DNA of 64,000 nt from Actinomycetota bacterium (GTDB taxonomy: Bacteria; Actinomycetota; UBA4738; HRBIN12), in contig JBGGNG010000186.1 of assembly GCA_041287635.1 (NCBI GenBank), positions 13,211 through 77,210 of the forward strand, read 5' to 3'. Each line of letters opens with the position of its first letter. The first letter of the stretch is position 1. Under the pieces are notes generated by a model. It did not search any database. It was not told the DNA's origin and was given only the letters and a program-made list of their open reading frames with translations. Below are positions 1 through 9,253 of this stretch, one piece after another. Made by a program: the position numbers and the translations under genes.

Positions 1-884
1 GATCCGGAGACCGCGAACAGTCCCGCGTAGAACGCGAAGCCCATCACGAACCAGGCGAGCACGACCAACGCGATCCCGATCGCTGTACCAGGGATGTCGA
101 GGGCTCCGGTCACGACCGAGAGGCCGATCGCGTACGCGGCGATGAACGCGAGCTGCACGATGCCGAGCAGCCCGATGCCGGCGATCTTGCCGGCGAGCAA
201 CTGTCGCGGACGGATCGCCGAGAGGAGGATCTCGACCACCCGCGACGCCTTCTCCTCGATCACGCCGGTCGCGACCCACACCCCGTATCCGAAGAGCTGG
301 CCATACGCGAGCAGCACGGCGATGAAGGCGATGCCGGCGTTCTCCTCGCGGTCGGGATCCTCCGGTTCGAGCGTCCGCACCTCGATCGCGGGCCGGTTCA
401 GGACCGCATCGATCTCGCTCGGATCCGCGCCCCCGGCCTCGAGCGCGGCTGTGATCCTCACCCGGATGAGCGCGTTGCGGACCAGCTGCGTCAGCGTGGC
501 CGGGACCGCGTCATCCCCCACCAGTTCGTCGTCGACCAGCGCCGCATCGAGTCGTCCGCTCCGCACCGCGGCCTCGGCCTCCTCGACGTCGTCCCAGACC
601 ACGACCCGCAGCTCCACACCCTCTCGCTCGGCCACATCGTCGAGCCCAGCCGTGGTCCGCTGGATCGCGACCTCGTCGGTTCCCGTGATGCCGAGGTCGA
701 AGGAGGGGGTGACCTCGTCTCCGAACGCCCGCAGCAGGATGAACACCGTCAGCACCGCGAGCGTGATGCCGGTGGAGATGAAGAAGCCCTTGTCCCGCAG
801 CCGCACCCGGAAGTCCCTCATCGCGACCAGGCGCCAGGCGCCGCGGTCGGTCGGCCTCGGATCGTGCGCGAGGCGGTCGTTCAC
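1..884 (-). CDS. ABC-2 type transporter permease (3' end runs off the window)
   Basis: Manual translation from GTG 884, which overlaps the ATPase stop (GTGA): MNDRLAH...LVAMRDFRVRLRDKGF...GVIEEKASRVVEILLSAIRPRQLLAGKIAG; multiple TM segments. Confidence 0.85.
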   Translation of the reverse strand, partial: MNDRLAHDPRPTDRGAWRLVAMRDFRVRLRDKGFFISTGITLAVLTVFILLRAFGDEVTPSFDLGITGTDEVAIQRTTAGLDDVAEREGVELRVVVWDDVEEAEAAVRSGRLDAALVDDELVGDDAVPATLTQLVRNALIRVRITAALEAGGADPSEIDAVLNRPAIEVRTLEPEDPDREENAGIAFIAVLLAYGQLFGYGVWVATGVIEEKASRVVEILLSAIRPRQLLAGKIAGIGLLGIVQLAFIAAYAIGLSVVTGALDIPGTAIGIALVVLAWFVMGFAFYAGLFAVSG

Positions 885-1774
885 GCGCTCACCACCTCAC
901 GGAACAGCTCGGCGAGCGTGGGATGCACCGGCCCGAACCGAACGACGTCGCCCGACGCCCGCGCGAGATCGAGGACGCGTTGCTCGTCGACGTCGTCGGC
1001 CAGCTCGAGCACGGCGCCGTCCGTCCTCACCTCGACGAGCCCGACCCCGGGGATCGACCCGTACCACTCGTCGGAGCCGCCGCGTACCTGCACGAGGAAG
1101 AGTCGCCGCTCGCGGCGGGCCCGAAGGTCGCCGATCGTCCCCTGGGCCACGATGCGTCCGCGGTCGATCAGCACGACCGAGTCGCACAGTCGCTCCACGA
1201 GCTCGAGCTGATGGCTCGAGAACACCACGGGCACCCCATGGTTCGCGGCCTGCCGACGCAGCACGCCCGACAGCACGTCGACCCCGACCGGATCGAGCCC
1301 CGAGAACGGCTCGTCGAGCACGAGCAGGTCGGGCTCGTGCACGAGCGCCGAGGCCAGCTGCACGCGCTGCTGGTTGCCGAGGGAGAGCGCCTCGACACGA
1401 TCGTTCGCGCGCTCGGCCACGCCGAGCACCTCGATCGTCTCCTCGGCCCGACGCCGCGCGTCGGCCTTGGCGACCCCGTGCAGCCTCGCCAGGTAGACGA
1501 GCTGATCGAGGACCCGCATCTTTGGATAGAGGCCGCGCTCCTCGGGCATGTAGCCGAAGCGACGGCGTACCCGAGCGTCGACGGCCTCACCGCGCCAGCG
1601 CACCGCACCGGCGTCGGGCGTGAGCACGCCGAGGGCGATGCGCATCGCGGTGGTCTTGCCCGCCCCGTTCGGCCCGACGAACCCCACGATGCACCCCTCG
1701 GGCACGGTGAACGAGACGTCGTCGAGCGCCACGAGGTCGCCGAACGTGCGGCGCAGACCGGTCAGCTCGAGCAT
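881..1774 (-). CDS. ABC transporter ATP-binding protein
   Basis: Walker A GPNGAGKTT, signature LSLGNQQR, Walker B LLVLDEP, SSH switch. Confidence 0.92.
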   Translation of the reverse strand: MLELTGLRRTFGDLVALDDVSFTVPEGCIVGFVGPNGAGKTTAMRIALGVLTPDAGAVRWRGEAVDARVRRRFGYMPEERGLYPKMRVLDQLVYLARLHGVAKADARRRAEETIEVLGVAERANDRVEALSLGNQQRVQLASALVHEPDLLVLDEPFSGLDPVGVDVLSGVLRRQAANHGVPVVFSSHQLELVERLCDSVVLIDRGRIVAQGTIGDLRARRERRLFLVQVRGGSDEWYGSIPGVGLVEVRTDGAVLELADDVDEQRVLDLARASGDVVRFGPVHPTLAELFREVVSA

Positions 1775-1842
1775 GCGGACATCATCGGCACGGGCACGCA
1801 CGCCAGCTTAGGCATGCGGGCGGCGAACGTCGGATTCGAGCG

Positions 1843-2442
1843 TTAGCCGGCGGCGGTCACATCGACGATGCGCCCGATGCTGTCGTCGCTCTCGAGCACA
1901 TCGAGCAGAGCCGACGCGAAGTCGGCCCGGGCGATCGATCCACCGGGCGCTCGGCCGTTCAAGGCCGCGGCGTAGGTCCCCGACGGATCCTCCTCGGTGA
2001 GCATCGGCGTCGAGACCACCGTCCAGTCCAGGTCGCTCGCGCGGAGCGTCGCTAGCGCCTCGCGGTGCTCCCGAGAGACGGCCGCATACGGCTCCTCGAG
2101 CGCGGCGTCGTCGAGGACTCGGGAGTTGGCCGAGATCACGAGCCGGCGCACGTCTGCCTGACTCGTCGCGCGGACGAGGCTCCCGATCGCGTCGGAGTAC
2201 ACGGATCCCGGATCGGGGCCCTTCGGGCCCATCGCGGAGATCACGGCCTCGACATCGCGAAGCGCCGACGTCACGGCGGCCGCGTTGCGAGCGTCGCCGG
2301 TCACCACGCGCTCGACCGGGCCGAGCGAGCCCTCGGTTGGCGTGGAGCGGGCGAACGCGGTCACCACGTGACCGCGTTCGAGCCCCTGCGTCACGACGAG
2401 GCGACCGGTCCGACCGGTCGCCCCGAACACCACCAGCTTCAC
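1843..2442 (-). CDS. NAD(P)H-binding oxidoreductase (flavin reductase/BVR-B-like SDR)
   Basis: N-terminal GATGRTG Rossmann motif, SDLDWTVV, IARADFA; GTGA-coupled to lon. Confidence 0.8.
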   Translation of the reverse strand: MKLVVFGATGRTGRLVVTQGLERGHVVTAFARSTPTEGSLGPVERVVTGDARNAAAVTSALRDVEAVISAMGPKGPDPGSVYSDAIGSLVRATSQADVRRLVISANSRVLDDAALEEPYAAVSREHREALATLRASDLDWTVVSTPMLTEEDPSGTYAAALNGRAPGGSIARADFASALLDVLESDDSIGRIVDVTAAG

Positions 2443-4829
2443 CCGGCGGACACTACTGCTTCCCTCTCACACAACGCCACCTCGAGCACCTGGTCGATGC
2501 TCTCCGCGACGTGGAACGTCATCAACTCGCGCACCGACTCGGGCACGTCGTCGAGGTCGCCTTCGTTCCGCTTCGGCAGGATCACCTCCGTGAGCCCCGC
2601 GCGGTGGGCCGCCAGCACCTTCTGCTTCAGCCCGCCGATCGGGAGCACGCGCCCCTGGAGCGTGACCTCGCCGGTCATGCCCACCTCCGCGCGCACCGGG
2701 GTGTCGGTGAGTAGTGAGACGAGGGAGGTCGTCATCGTGACGCCGGCGCTCGGGCCGTCCTTCGGCACCGCGCCCGCAGGCACGTGCACGTGGAACCGCC
2801 CACGCAGGCGCTCGGACTCGATGCCGAGGGCCTCGGCGTGCGATCGCACGTAGCTCAGGGCGATCTGGGCCGATTCCTTCATGACGTCGCCGAGCTGACC
2901 AGTGAGGGTGAGTCGATCCGGCGCGTCGCCGCCGAGTTCACGGCTCGCCTCGATGAACAGCACGTCGCCGCCGACGCCGGTGACTGCCAGCCCCGTCGCG
3001 ACACCCGGCACCGCTGTTCGCTCGGCCGCCTCGAAGAAGAACTTCTGGCGCCCCAGGTACTCGCGCACGTCATCGGCGTCGATCGTCACCGGTGGCTGCA
3101 CCTCGCTCGCCGCGACCCTCGTCGCGACCTTGCGCAGCGCCTTGCCCAGCTCGCGCTCGAGGTTGCGCACGCCGGCTTCCCGCGTGTAGTCGCCCACGAT
3201 CGTGCGCAGGGCGTCGTCGGTGAAGTCGACCTCGTCCTCGCGCAGAGCGTTCCGCTCGCGCTGGCGCCCGACGAGGTGATGCTTCGCGATCGCGACCTTC
3301 TCGTCCTCGGTGTAGCCGTCGATCCGGATCACTTCCATCCGGTCGAACAGCGGACCGGGGATCGTCTCCGCGACGTTGGCCGTCGTGATGAAGAGCACCT
3401 CGGAGAGATCGAGGTCGACGTCGAGGTAGTGATCGCGGAACGTGTGGTTCTGCGCGGGGTCGAGGACCTCGAGCAGCGCGCTCGACGGGTCGCCGCGCCA
3501 ATCGGCGCCGACCTTGTCGATCTCGTCGAGCATCATCACCGGGTTCTTCGATCCGGCGTCCTTGAGCGCGCGGACGATGCGACCCGGCAAGGCACCGACG
3601 TACGTGCGCCGGTGCCCACGGATCTCGGCCTCGTCGTGGATGCCCCCGAGCGAGACGCGCACGAAGTTCCGGCCCAGCGCTCGGGCGACGGACCCGCCCA
3701 GCGACGTCTTGCCCACACCGGGGGGCCCGACGAGGGTGAGGATCGCGCCGGAGCCGCGCCCGGTCGCCTCGCCGAGACCACGCTCGGCACGGAGCTTGCG
3801 CACCGCCAGGTACTCCAGGATGCGGTCCTTGACGTCCTCGAGGCCCTCGTGGTCGGCGTCGAGCACCGCACGCGCCTCGGCGATCTGGAGGATGTCGTCC
3901 GTGCGCACGCTCCACGGCACGTCGATCAGCCAATCGAGGTAGGTGCGGATCCAGCCGTACTCGGGCGACTGCTCGCTGGTGCGCTCGAGGCGCCCGAGCT
4001 CCTTCTCGGCCTGGGCCAGCACGTCGTCCGGCATGCCCGCCTCCGCGATCTTCACTCGGTAGCCCTCGACGACGTCTTCCTCGCCGTCCTCGCCGAGCTC
4101 CTTGCGGATCGCGCTCATCTGCTCGCGCAGCAGGAACTCACGCTGGCGCTTCTCCATGCCCTCGCTCACGTCGGTGCGGATCTTGTCCTTCAGCTCGATC
4201 TCGGCGAGCGTGTCTTTCGCCCACCCGGTGACGAGCTCCAGCCGCGCTTCGACGTCGAGGGTCTCGAGCACCTCGATCTTGCGCTCGAAGCCGAGATCGG
4301 GCGAGTAGCCGCTCGTGTCGGCGATCTGGCCGGGGTCGTCGATGCCACGCAGGAACTCGGCCACCTGCGGCACGCCGCGCGCCTCGACGATGTTCTCGAT
4401 CACGGCGCGGTACTCACGCGCCAACTCGCGAGCGCGCGCCGTGGGCTCGGACTCGTCCACGGACTCGGCCTGCACCCACACGGCCTCGCCGGTGCCGGGC
4501 ACGCCCACCCCGACGACGGCGCGCGCGAGCCCGCGGATCACGAGGGCCTCGACCCCACCGCGCGTCTGACCCAGCTCCTCGATCTTGGCGACCGTGCCCA
4601 CGCGGGCGTAGCGACCGTCGACCTTGGGCACGAGCAGCAGCACGGCGTCGTCGGTGCTCGCCGCCGCCTCCGCGGCGGCGTGCGCCTCGTCGGTCTCGAG
4701 GGTGAGCGTCACGACCATGCCGGGTAGCACGACGCCGGTGGTCAAGGGAAGGAGCGGAAGGACCTGTTGGTCGATCTCAGGCTGGTCGATCTCTGGCTGG
4801 TCGAACTCAGGGGTCTCGATCTCGGGCAT
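2439..4829 (-). CDS. lon: ATP-dependent protease La (Lon)
   Basis: LPLLPL N-domain, GPPGVGKTS, LLDEIDK-type Walker B, PKDGPSAG catalytic Ser, IGGLKQK Lys. Confidence 0.97.
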   Translation of the reverse strand: MPEIETPEFDQPEIDQPEIDQQVLPLLPLTTGVVLPGMVVTLTLETDEAHAAAEAAASTDDAVLLLVPKVDGRYARVGTVAKIEELGQTRGGVEALVIRGLARAVVGVGVPGTGEAVWVQAESVDESEPTARARELAREYRAVIENIVEARGVPQVAEFLRGIDDPGQIADTSGYSPDLGFERKIEVLETLDVEARLELVTGWAKDTLAEIELKDKIRTDVSEGMEKRQREFLLREQMSAIRKELGEDGEEDVVEGYRVKIAEAGMPDDVLAQAEKELGRLERTSEQSPEYGWIRTYLDWLIDVPWSVRTDDILQIAEARAVLDADHEGLEDVKDRILEYLAVRKLRAERGLGEATGRGSGAILTLVGPPGVGKTSLGGSVARALGRNFVRVSLGGIHDEAEIRGHRRTYVGALPGRIVRALKDAGSKNPVMMLDEIDKVGADWRGDPSSALLEVLDPAQNHTFRDHYLDVDLDLSEVLFITTANVAETIPGPLFDRMEVIRIDGYTEDEKVAIAKHHLVGRQRERNALREDEVDFTDDALRTIVGDYTREAGVRNLERELGKALRKVATRVAASEVQPPVTIDADDVREYLGRQKFFFEAAERTAVPGVATGLAVTGVGGDVLFIEASRELGGDAPDRLTLTGQLGDVMKESAQIALSYVRSHAEALGIESERLRGRFHVHVPAGAVPKDGPSAGVTMTTSLVSLLTDTPVRAEVGMTGEVTLQGRVLPIGGLKQKVLAAHRAGLTEVILPKRNEGDLDDVPESVRELMTFHVAESIDQVLEVALCEREAVVSAG
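4768..4827. repeat. Imperfect 15-bp tandem repeat (4 units) encoding PE(I/F)xx at the Lon N-terminus
   Basis: tggtcgatctcaggc / tggtcgatctctggc / tggtcgaactcaggg / gtctcgatctcgggc. Confidence 0.7.
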
Positions 4830-4902
4830 CTCGTTCTCCGTGATCCGCGAAGGAAGCGGCCGGAGCCGCCTTGCAGGTGCAAGAACGACCCGCACCCCGA
4901 AG

Positions 4903-5844
4903 CTATTCCCGAGTTGTAATCAGCATTACGTCGTCATCGGCGGGCTCCCCCACAGCCTTCGCCTCGCCCCGTTCCGGCTCCACGCGCTCGGCCTCCACAC
5001 GGACCCGGTCGAGCGCCGCGTCGTTGAGGCAGCCGAGGAAGCGGCGCTCGTCGCCATCACCGGGGCTCGGGCTGAGCCGCATCACGATGGCCGCCGGTCC
5101 CTCGACGAGCTCGATCTCGGTGTGCTCGTCGACCAGCGCCCGACACGACGTCGTGAGGGTCTCGGTCACCCCGAGAGGATCGCCCACGGCGCCACGGAAC
5201 TCGACCGACAGGGCGTAGGTGGTCGTCGTTCCGGGGAGGCCGGGCCTGTCGGCCTCATACCGCGTGAGCCCGGCGAGCACGAGCACGGCCGCCGCGAGCA
5301 CGATGAGGATCGACACCCCGGCCGTCACGATCTTCAGGCGATCCCGCCGTTCACTCGCGCGAGCGTCCGCGCCAGGACGCGTGTGCACGACGCCGGACGA
5401 TCCGCCGACGAGCGCGAAGCGCCGCTCGACGGCGCGATCGCTCTCCCACGTGCCCGAGAGCGCGGCCATCCGTTCCACGACGTAGGCGATCGCCGAGAGG
5501 ATCACACCGATGCCCAGCAGCACCGGCACGAAGACCCCGAGGCCGTCGGGCTCTAGCCACGCGAACGGGTGCGGGCGCTCAACGGCCGCACCCGCCGTCC
5601 GCTCGCCCCGGGGCTCTCCCCGCGACGCATCGACGTCGTCGAGCCGCCGCTCGATGCGGTCGAACCGACGCATCAACGTGCCGGTGGCGAGCGCGACCTC
5701 CGCCGCGACGAAGAACAGTCCGCTGATCAGGGCTCGGTTCCATTCCCACCGGTACAGGTACACGAGCAGATACGTGCCCGATGTGACGAGCACCGCGAGG
5801 CCGAGCAGCCGGACGGCCATGGAGAGGAGCCGGCGGATCGTCAT
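4903..5844 (-). CDS. Hypothetical membrane protein
   Basis: About four hydrophobic segments, YLYRWEWNRAL motif, C-terminal domain with two Cys; ATGA-coupled to the upstream gene. Confidence 0.75.
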   Translation of the reverse strand: MTIRRLLSMAVRLLGLAVLVTSGTYLLVYLYRWEWNRALISGLFFVAAEVALATGTLMRRFDRIERRLDDVDASRGEPRGERTAGAAVERPHPFAWLEPDGLGVFVPVLLGIGVILSAIAYVVERMAALSGTWESDRAVERRFALVGGSSGVVHTRPGADARASERRDRLKIVTAGVSILIVLAAAVLVLAGLTRYEADRPGLPGTTTTYALSVEFRGAVGDPLGVTETLTTSCRALVDEHTEIELVEGPAAIVMRLSPSPGDGDERRFLGCLNDAALDRVRVEAERVEPERGEAKAVGEPADDDVMLITTRE

Positions 5845-7895
5845 GGGCCGGCCCCCTCATCGTCGACCCGCGCGACCTCACCGATGAGGCCGTCCACGAC
5901 CACGCGCGAGCCCTCCGGGAACCGTCGCCGGGCACCGGCGACGGCGACGACCGTGGGCACGCCCATCTCCCTCGCGAGGATCGCGAGGTGCGAGAGGGCG
6001 CTGCCCGTCTCCGAGACCAGCCCGGCGAGCCCCGGGAGCTTCGTGGCCAGCGCCGGCGCCAGCACGTCGACCACGAGCACGTCGCCGGGCCCGGCGCACT
6101 CGGGGGACCGCACCGCGCCGCTCCCACGCCCGCCGCCGGCCGGCACGCCGCGGTCGCCGCAGCCACGATCGGGCTCAGGCACCACCGCGCCGCCCGGCGT
6201 CAGCCGGAACGACCCCGGCAGCGGCGGACCCGGACGTGCCGAGGCACGGGCTGCGAGGTCCCCCGGGACCGGGCCCCCGCGGACGACCGGGGCCACCTCC
6301 TCACGACGAAGGAACCTGACGTCTCCTGCTTCCCGCAGCCGTCCGGAACGCTCGAGCCGGCATCCGAGCGTCCACGCCACGCGGGCCGCGAGCTCGTCGA
6401 CCCACCGCGCTCGCACCCGCAGGGCCTCGCGCGCCCCGATCGCCGAGAGAGGAAGGGTCGCCGAGCGACCGTGTCCCCGCGTCACCACGTCGGGCAACTC
6501 CGGCACGGCCGCGATCCTGGGCGGTGCCAGCGCGAGGGTGACCGGTGCCTCCGCCACGACCTCCTCGTCCGGCTGCCCTCGCGCCCGGCAGGTCGAGAGG
6601 ACGTCGATCGCGAGCGCCGCCGCGCCAGGCCGGTGCTCCTCGGCGGGCAGCAGCATCCCGGCGAGCACCTGATGCCCGTGGAGGCCCCGGAGGCGCTCGG
6701 CGGCATCATCGAGCAGGGCGAGCAGCGCCTCGTCGCCGAGCGTGCTGAAGGCGGGGATGCACGCGAGCCATTCGTCGGTCCGCTCGAGCAGCGCCGCGGC
6801 CTCCTCCGGCATCGCGAGGCGCAACCTCCCCGTGTGCCACGCGGCGGCGAGTCGCCGCGCGCCGCGGCGAGGGTCTATCGCGCGCCACACCGCGTGCCGC
6901 CTCGGTGCGAACCCGAGCAGCTCGAGGTCGGCAGCCACACGCCCTCCGATCGTGAGGGCGATGGGCGACGCCTCGATCCGCGCGGACGACACCGCGCCGA
7001 CCGCTCGGAGCGCGCCGACGATGCCTTCGCGCAGGGGGTCGAGGAACAGCGCCTCCTCGAGCGAGGCGAGCGGCTGCGGGAAGGTCTCCCCGATCGGTCC
7101 CGGACCCAGGACGGGCCCGGTCGCCCCGGTCGCCTCCCCGACGGCGGTCACCGGCCGGCTCTGCAGGAGCCACAGGTGATGCGTGCGGTCGACGGCCCAC
7201 TCGATGTCCTGCGGAGTTCCGAAGACCCGTTCGGCCCGCCGGGTGAGCGCGGCGAGCCGGAACACGTCCATGCGGGTGGGCCGCGCATCGCCACGGCCGG
7301 CTCCCGGACGACGCAGGCCCAGGCCGGAGCGACGGATCGCGATGTGGCAGGCCGACACGACACCGTCGACCAGCGACTTCGGCGAGCCGCGCACGCTCTC
7401 CACGACGAAGCGCCGCCGATCGCCGGTGACCGGATCGACCCCGAACACCACCCCACCTCGCACAGGGTCGAGCATCGGCTGCACGAGCACAGCCATCGGA
7501 GCCTCGATCCCCGGGAGGCTCGAGGCCGAGTCCCGGACCTCGCGCACGGCGTCGATGAACGCCCCCCACCCATGCACCCCGACCACGGTCCGGAAGCGCC
7601 CCGCCATCGATGATGCGTCGGCATCCTCGACCGTCGAGGACGATCGCACGATGAGGGGCGTGCCCTCGGACGAGAGCCGGCGCCACGCATCCTCGAGGGC
7701 CTCGAGGTCGCGATCGACGTCCGCGGACGTTGCGATCACGAACCCCGGGAGCACGGGGAAGCCGGCCGCCGCGGCACGAGCGAGGGCCGACGCCTTCGCG
7801 CCGGTCATCGCCGGATCGAGCGCGCGAGGGTCGCCGAGCTCGACGACGGCCGCGCGCGACTCGCTGCGCTGGATCACGTTCGCGGCACGCACCAT
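5841..7895 (-). CDS. PEP/pyruvate-binding (ATP-grasp) plus PEP-utilising His-swivel domain protein (rifamycin-phosphotransferase-like architecture)
   Basis: GAKA, VRSSSTVED...SMAGRF, PQDIEWA, LLQSRPVT; C-terminal ETGSALSHLAILAREMGVP phospho-His motif; start uncertain. Confidence 0.85.
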   Translation of the reverse strand: MVRAANVIQRSESRAAVVELGDPRALDPAMTGAKASALARAAAAGFPVLPGFVIATSADVDRDLEALEDAWRRLSSEGTPLIVRSSSTVEDADASSMAGRFRTVVGVHGWGAFIDAVREVRDSASSLPGIEAPMAVLVQPMLDPVRGGVVFGVDPVTGDRRRFVVESVRGSPKSLVDGVVSACHIAIRRSGLGLRRPGAGRGDARPTRMDVFRLAALTRRAERVFGTPQDIEWAVDRTHHLWLLQSRPVTAVGEATGATGPVLGPGPIGETFPQPLASLEEALFLDPLREGIVGALRAVGAVSSARIEASPIALTIGGRVAADLELLGFAPRRHAVWRAIDPRRGARRLAAAWHTGRLRLAMPEEAAALLERTDEWLACIPAFSTLGDEALLALLDDAAERLRGLHGHQVLAGMLLPAEEHRPGAAALAIDVLSTCRARGQPDEEVVAEAPVTLALAPPRIAAVPELPDVVTRGHGRSATLPLSAIGAREALRVRARWVDELAARVAWTLGCRLERSGRLREAGDVRFLRREEVAPVVRGGPVPGDLAARASARPGPPLPGSFRLTPGGAVVPEPDRGCGDRGVPAGGGRGSGAVRSPECAGPGDVLVVDVLAPALATKLPGLAGLVSETGSALSHLAILAREMGVPTVVAVAGARRRFPEGSRVVVDGLIGEVARVDDEGAGP

Positions 7896-8035
7896 GTGCC
7901 CCCGCTCGAGAGCCTCTTCGTCACCATCGTGGCGGCTCCGAGCCCGCGCGCGTCGTGCCACGCGTCCTCACGTGGAAGGGACGTTCGGCGTGAGTGGGCG
8001 CGGCGCCCCGGCGCACGATAGAGATGGAGGGCCGG

Positions 8036-9253
8036 ATGCACGCGCACACGAGCGCATCGGGCGTGCCGAGTCGCGGCGCGCTGACGTGGATGTCACGACG
8101 TCCCTGGTGGCTCTGGGTCGTCGTGGTCCTCGTCGGCGCGACCGCCGCGGTCGGCCTCTACTACCGCCACCAGATCGTCTCGTTGGCGACCCACCGCAAG
8201 GGCCCGCCACCCTCGACGGCGGCGGTCGTTCCGTTCCCCGCCGGCGGGCGACCCGACGTCCGCATCGCAGCGGTGGGTGACGTCGGCGAGGGCGAGGAGG
8301 AGGAATGGAACACGGCGCGCGCGATGACGATGCTCGAGCGAGGGAATCCTGCGTACGACGCGCTCCTGCTGCTCGGCGACAACGTCTACCCGAGCGGTGA
8401 CCCCGAGCGGCTGCCGGACACCGTCTTCCGCCCGTTCGGCGACCTGCTCGACCGAGGCACGGTCTTCGACGCGATCCTCGGCAACCACGACGTCGCCGGA
8501 GGGTGGGGTGACGAGCAGATCGCCGCCCTGGGCATGCCGGGGCGGTGGTGGACCGACGCGATCGGCGACGTGCGACTGATCGGTCTCGACGCCTACTCGC
8601 TCGGGGATCGCGAGCAGATGGCGTTCCTCGAGCGCACCCTCGACGAGGCGACCGAGCCGTGGACGATCGTGGCGATCCACGAGTCGCCGTACTCGGCCGG
8701 CTACCAGGGCTCCAACCTCGAGGTGCGCGATCGCTACGCGCCGGTGTTCGCCCGCGAAGGCGTGCAGCTCGTGCTCTCGGGCCACGACCACGACTACCAG
8801 CGCAGCCGGCCGATCGACGGTGTGACCTACATCGTCAGCGGCGCCGGCGGGCTCACGAGAGGGACCGGCGAGGAGTGGTTCACCGAGGTTTCGTGGTCGG
8901 TGCTGCACTTCCTCGACATCAACGTGTTCCCCGACCATCTGCTGGTGCGGGCGATCGACCAGGAGGGGCGATCCTTCGACGAGGTCGAGATCCCCGTCGA
9001 GACCCCGTACGGTCAGTCCTCGGCCACGACCGGCAGCCCCGCTGCCCGCCACGCCGTCATACCGCCGATGACCGTGAGCGCCTCGCGCCCGTGGGCCACC
9101 AGCAGGCTCGCCGCGACCGACGAGCGGAACCCGCTCCCGCAGATCACCGCCATCGGACGGTCGCCCGCGACCTCCTCGAGACGCGCCGGGAGCTCGCCGG
9201 CGGTGAGGAACGTCGCGTCGGCCGCGTGGCCCTCGCGCCACTCCCCCGGCTGA
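8036..9253 (+). CDS. Membrane-anchored calcineurin-like metallophosphoesterase (purple acid phosphatase-like)
   Basis: GDVG, GDNVY, GNHD, IHESPY, GHDHDYQR motifs; N-terminal TM helix; GGAGG before ATG 8036; 3' end overlaps the convergent gene. Confidence 0.85.
   Translation: MHAHTSASGVPSRGALTWMSRRPWWLWVVVVLVGATAAVGLYYRHQIVSLATHRKGPPPSTAAVVPFPAGGRPDVRIAAVGDVGEGEEEEWNTARAMTMLERGNPAYDALLLLGDNVYPSGDPERLPDTVFRPFGDLLDRGTVFDAILGNHDVAGGWGDEQIAALGMPGRWWTDAIGDVRLIGLDAYSLGDREQMAFLERTLDEATEPWTIVAIHESPYSAGYQGSNLEVRDRYAPVFAREGVQLVLSGHDHDYQRSRPIDGVTYIVSGAGGLTRGTGEEWFTEVSWSVLHFLDINVFPDHLLVRAIDQEGRSFDEVEIPVETPYGQSSATTGSPAARHAVIPPMTVSASRPWATSRLAATDERNPLPQITAIGRSPATSSRRAGSSPAVRNVASAAWPSRHSPG

Noticed and set aside
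5841-7895. PEP synthase (ppsA)
   Set aside because: Lacks the C-terminal PEP/pyruvate-binding barrel; the His domain is terminal
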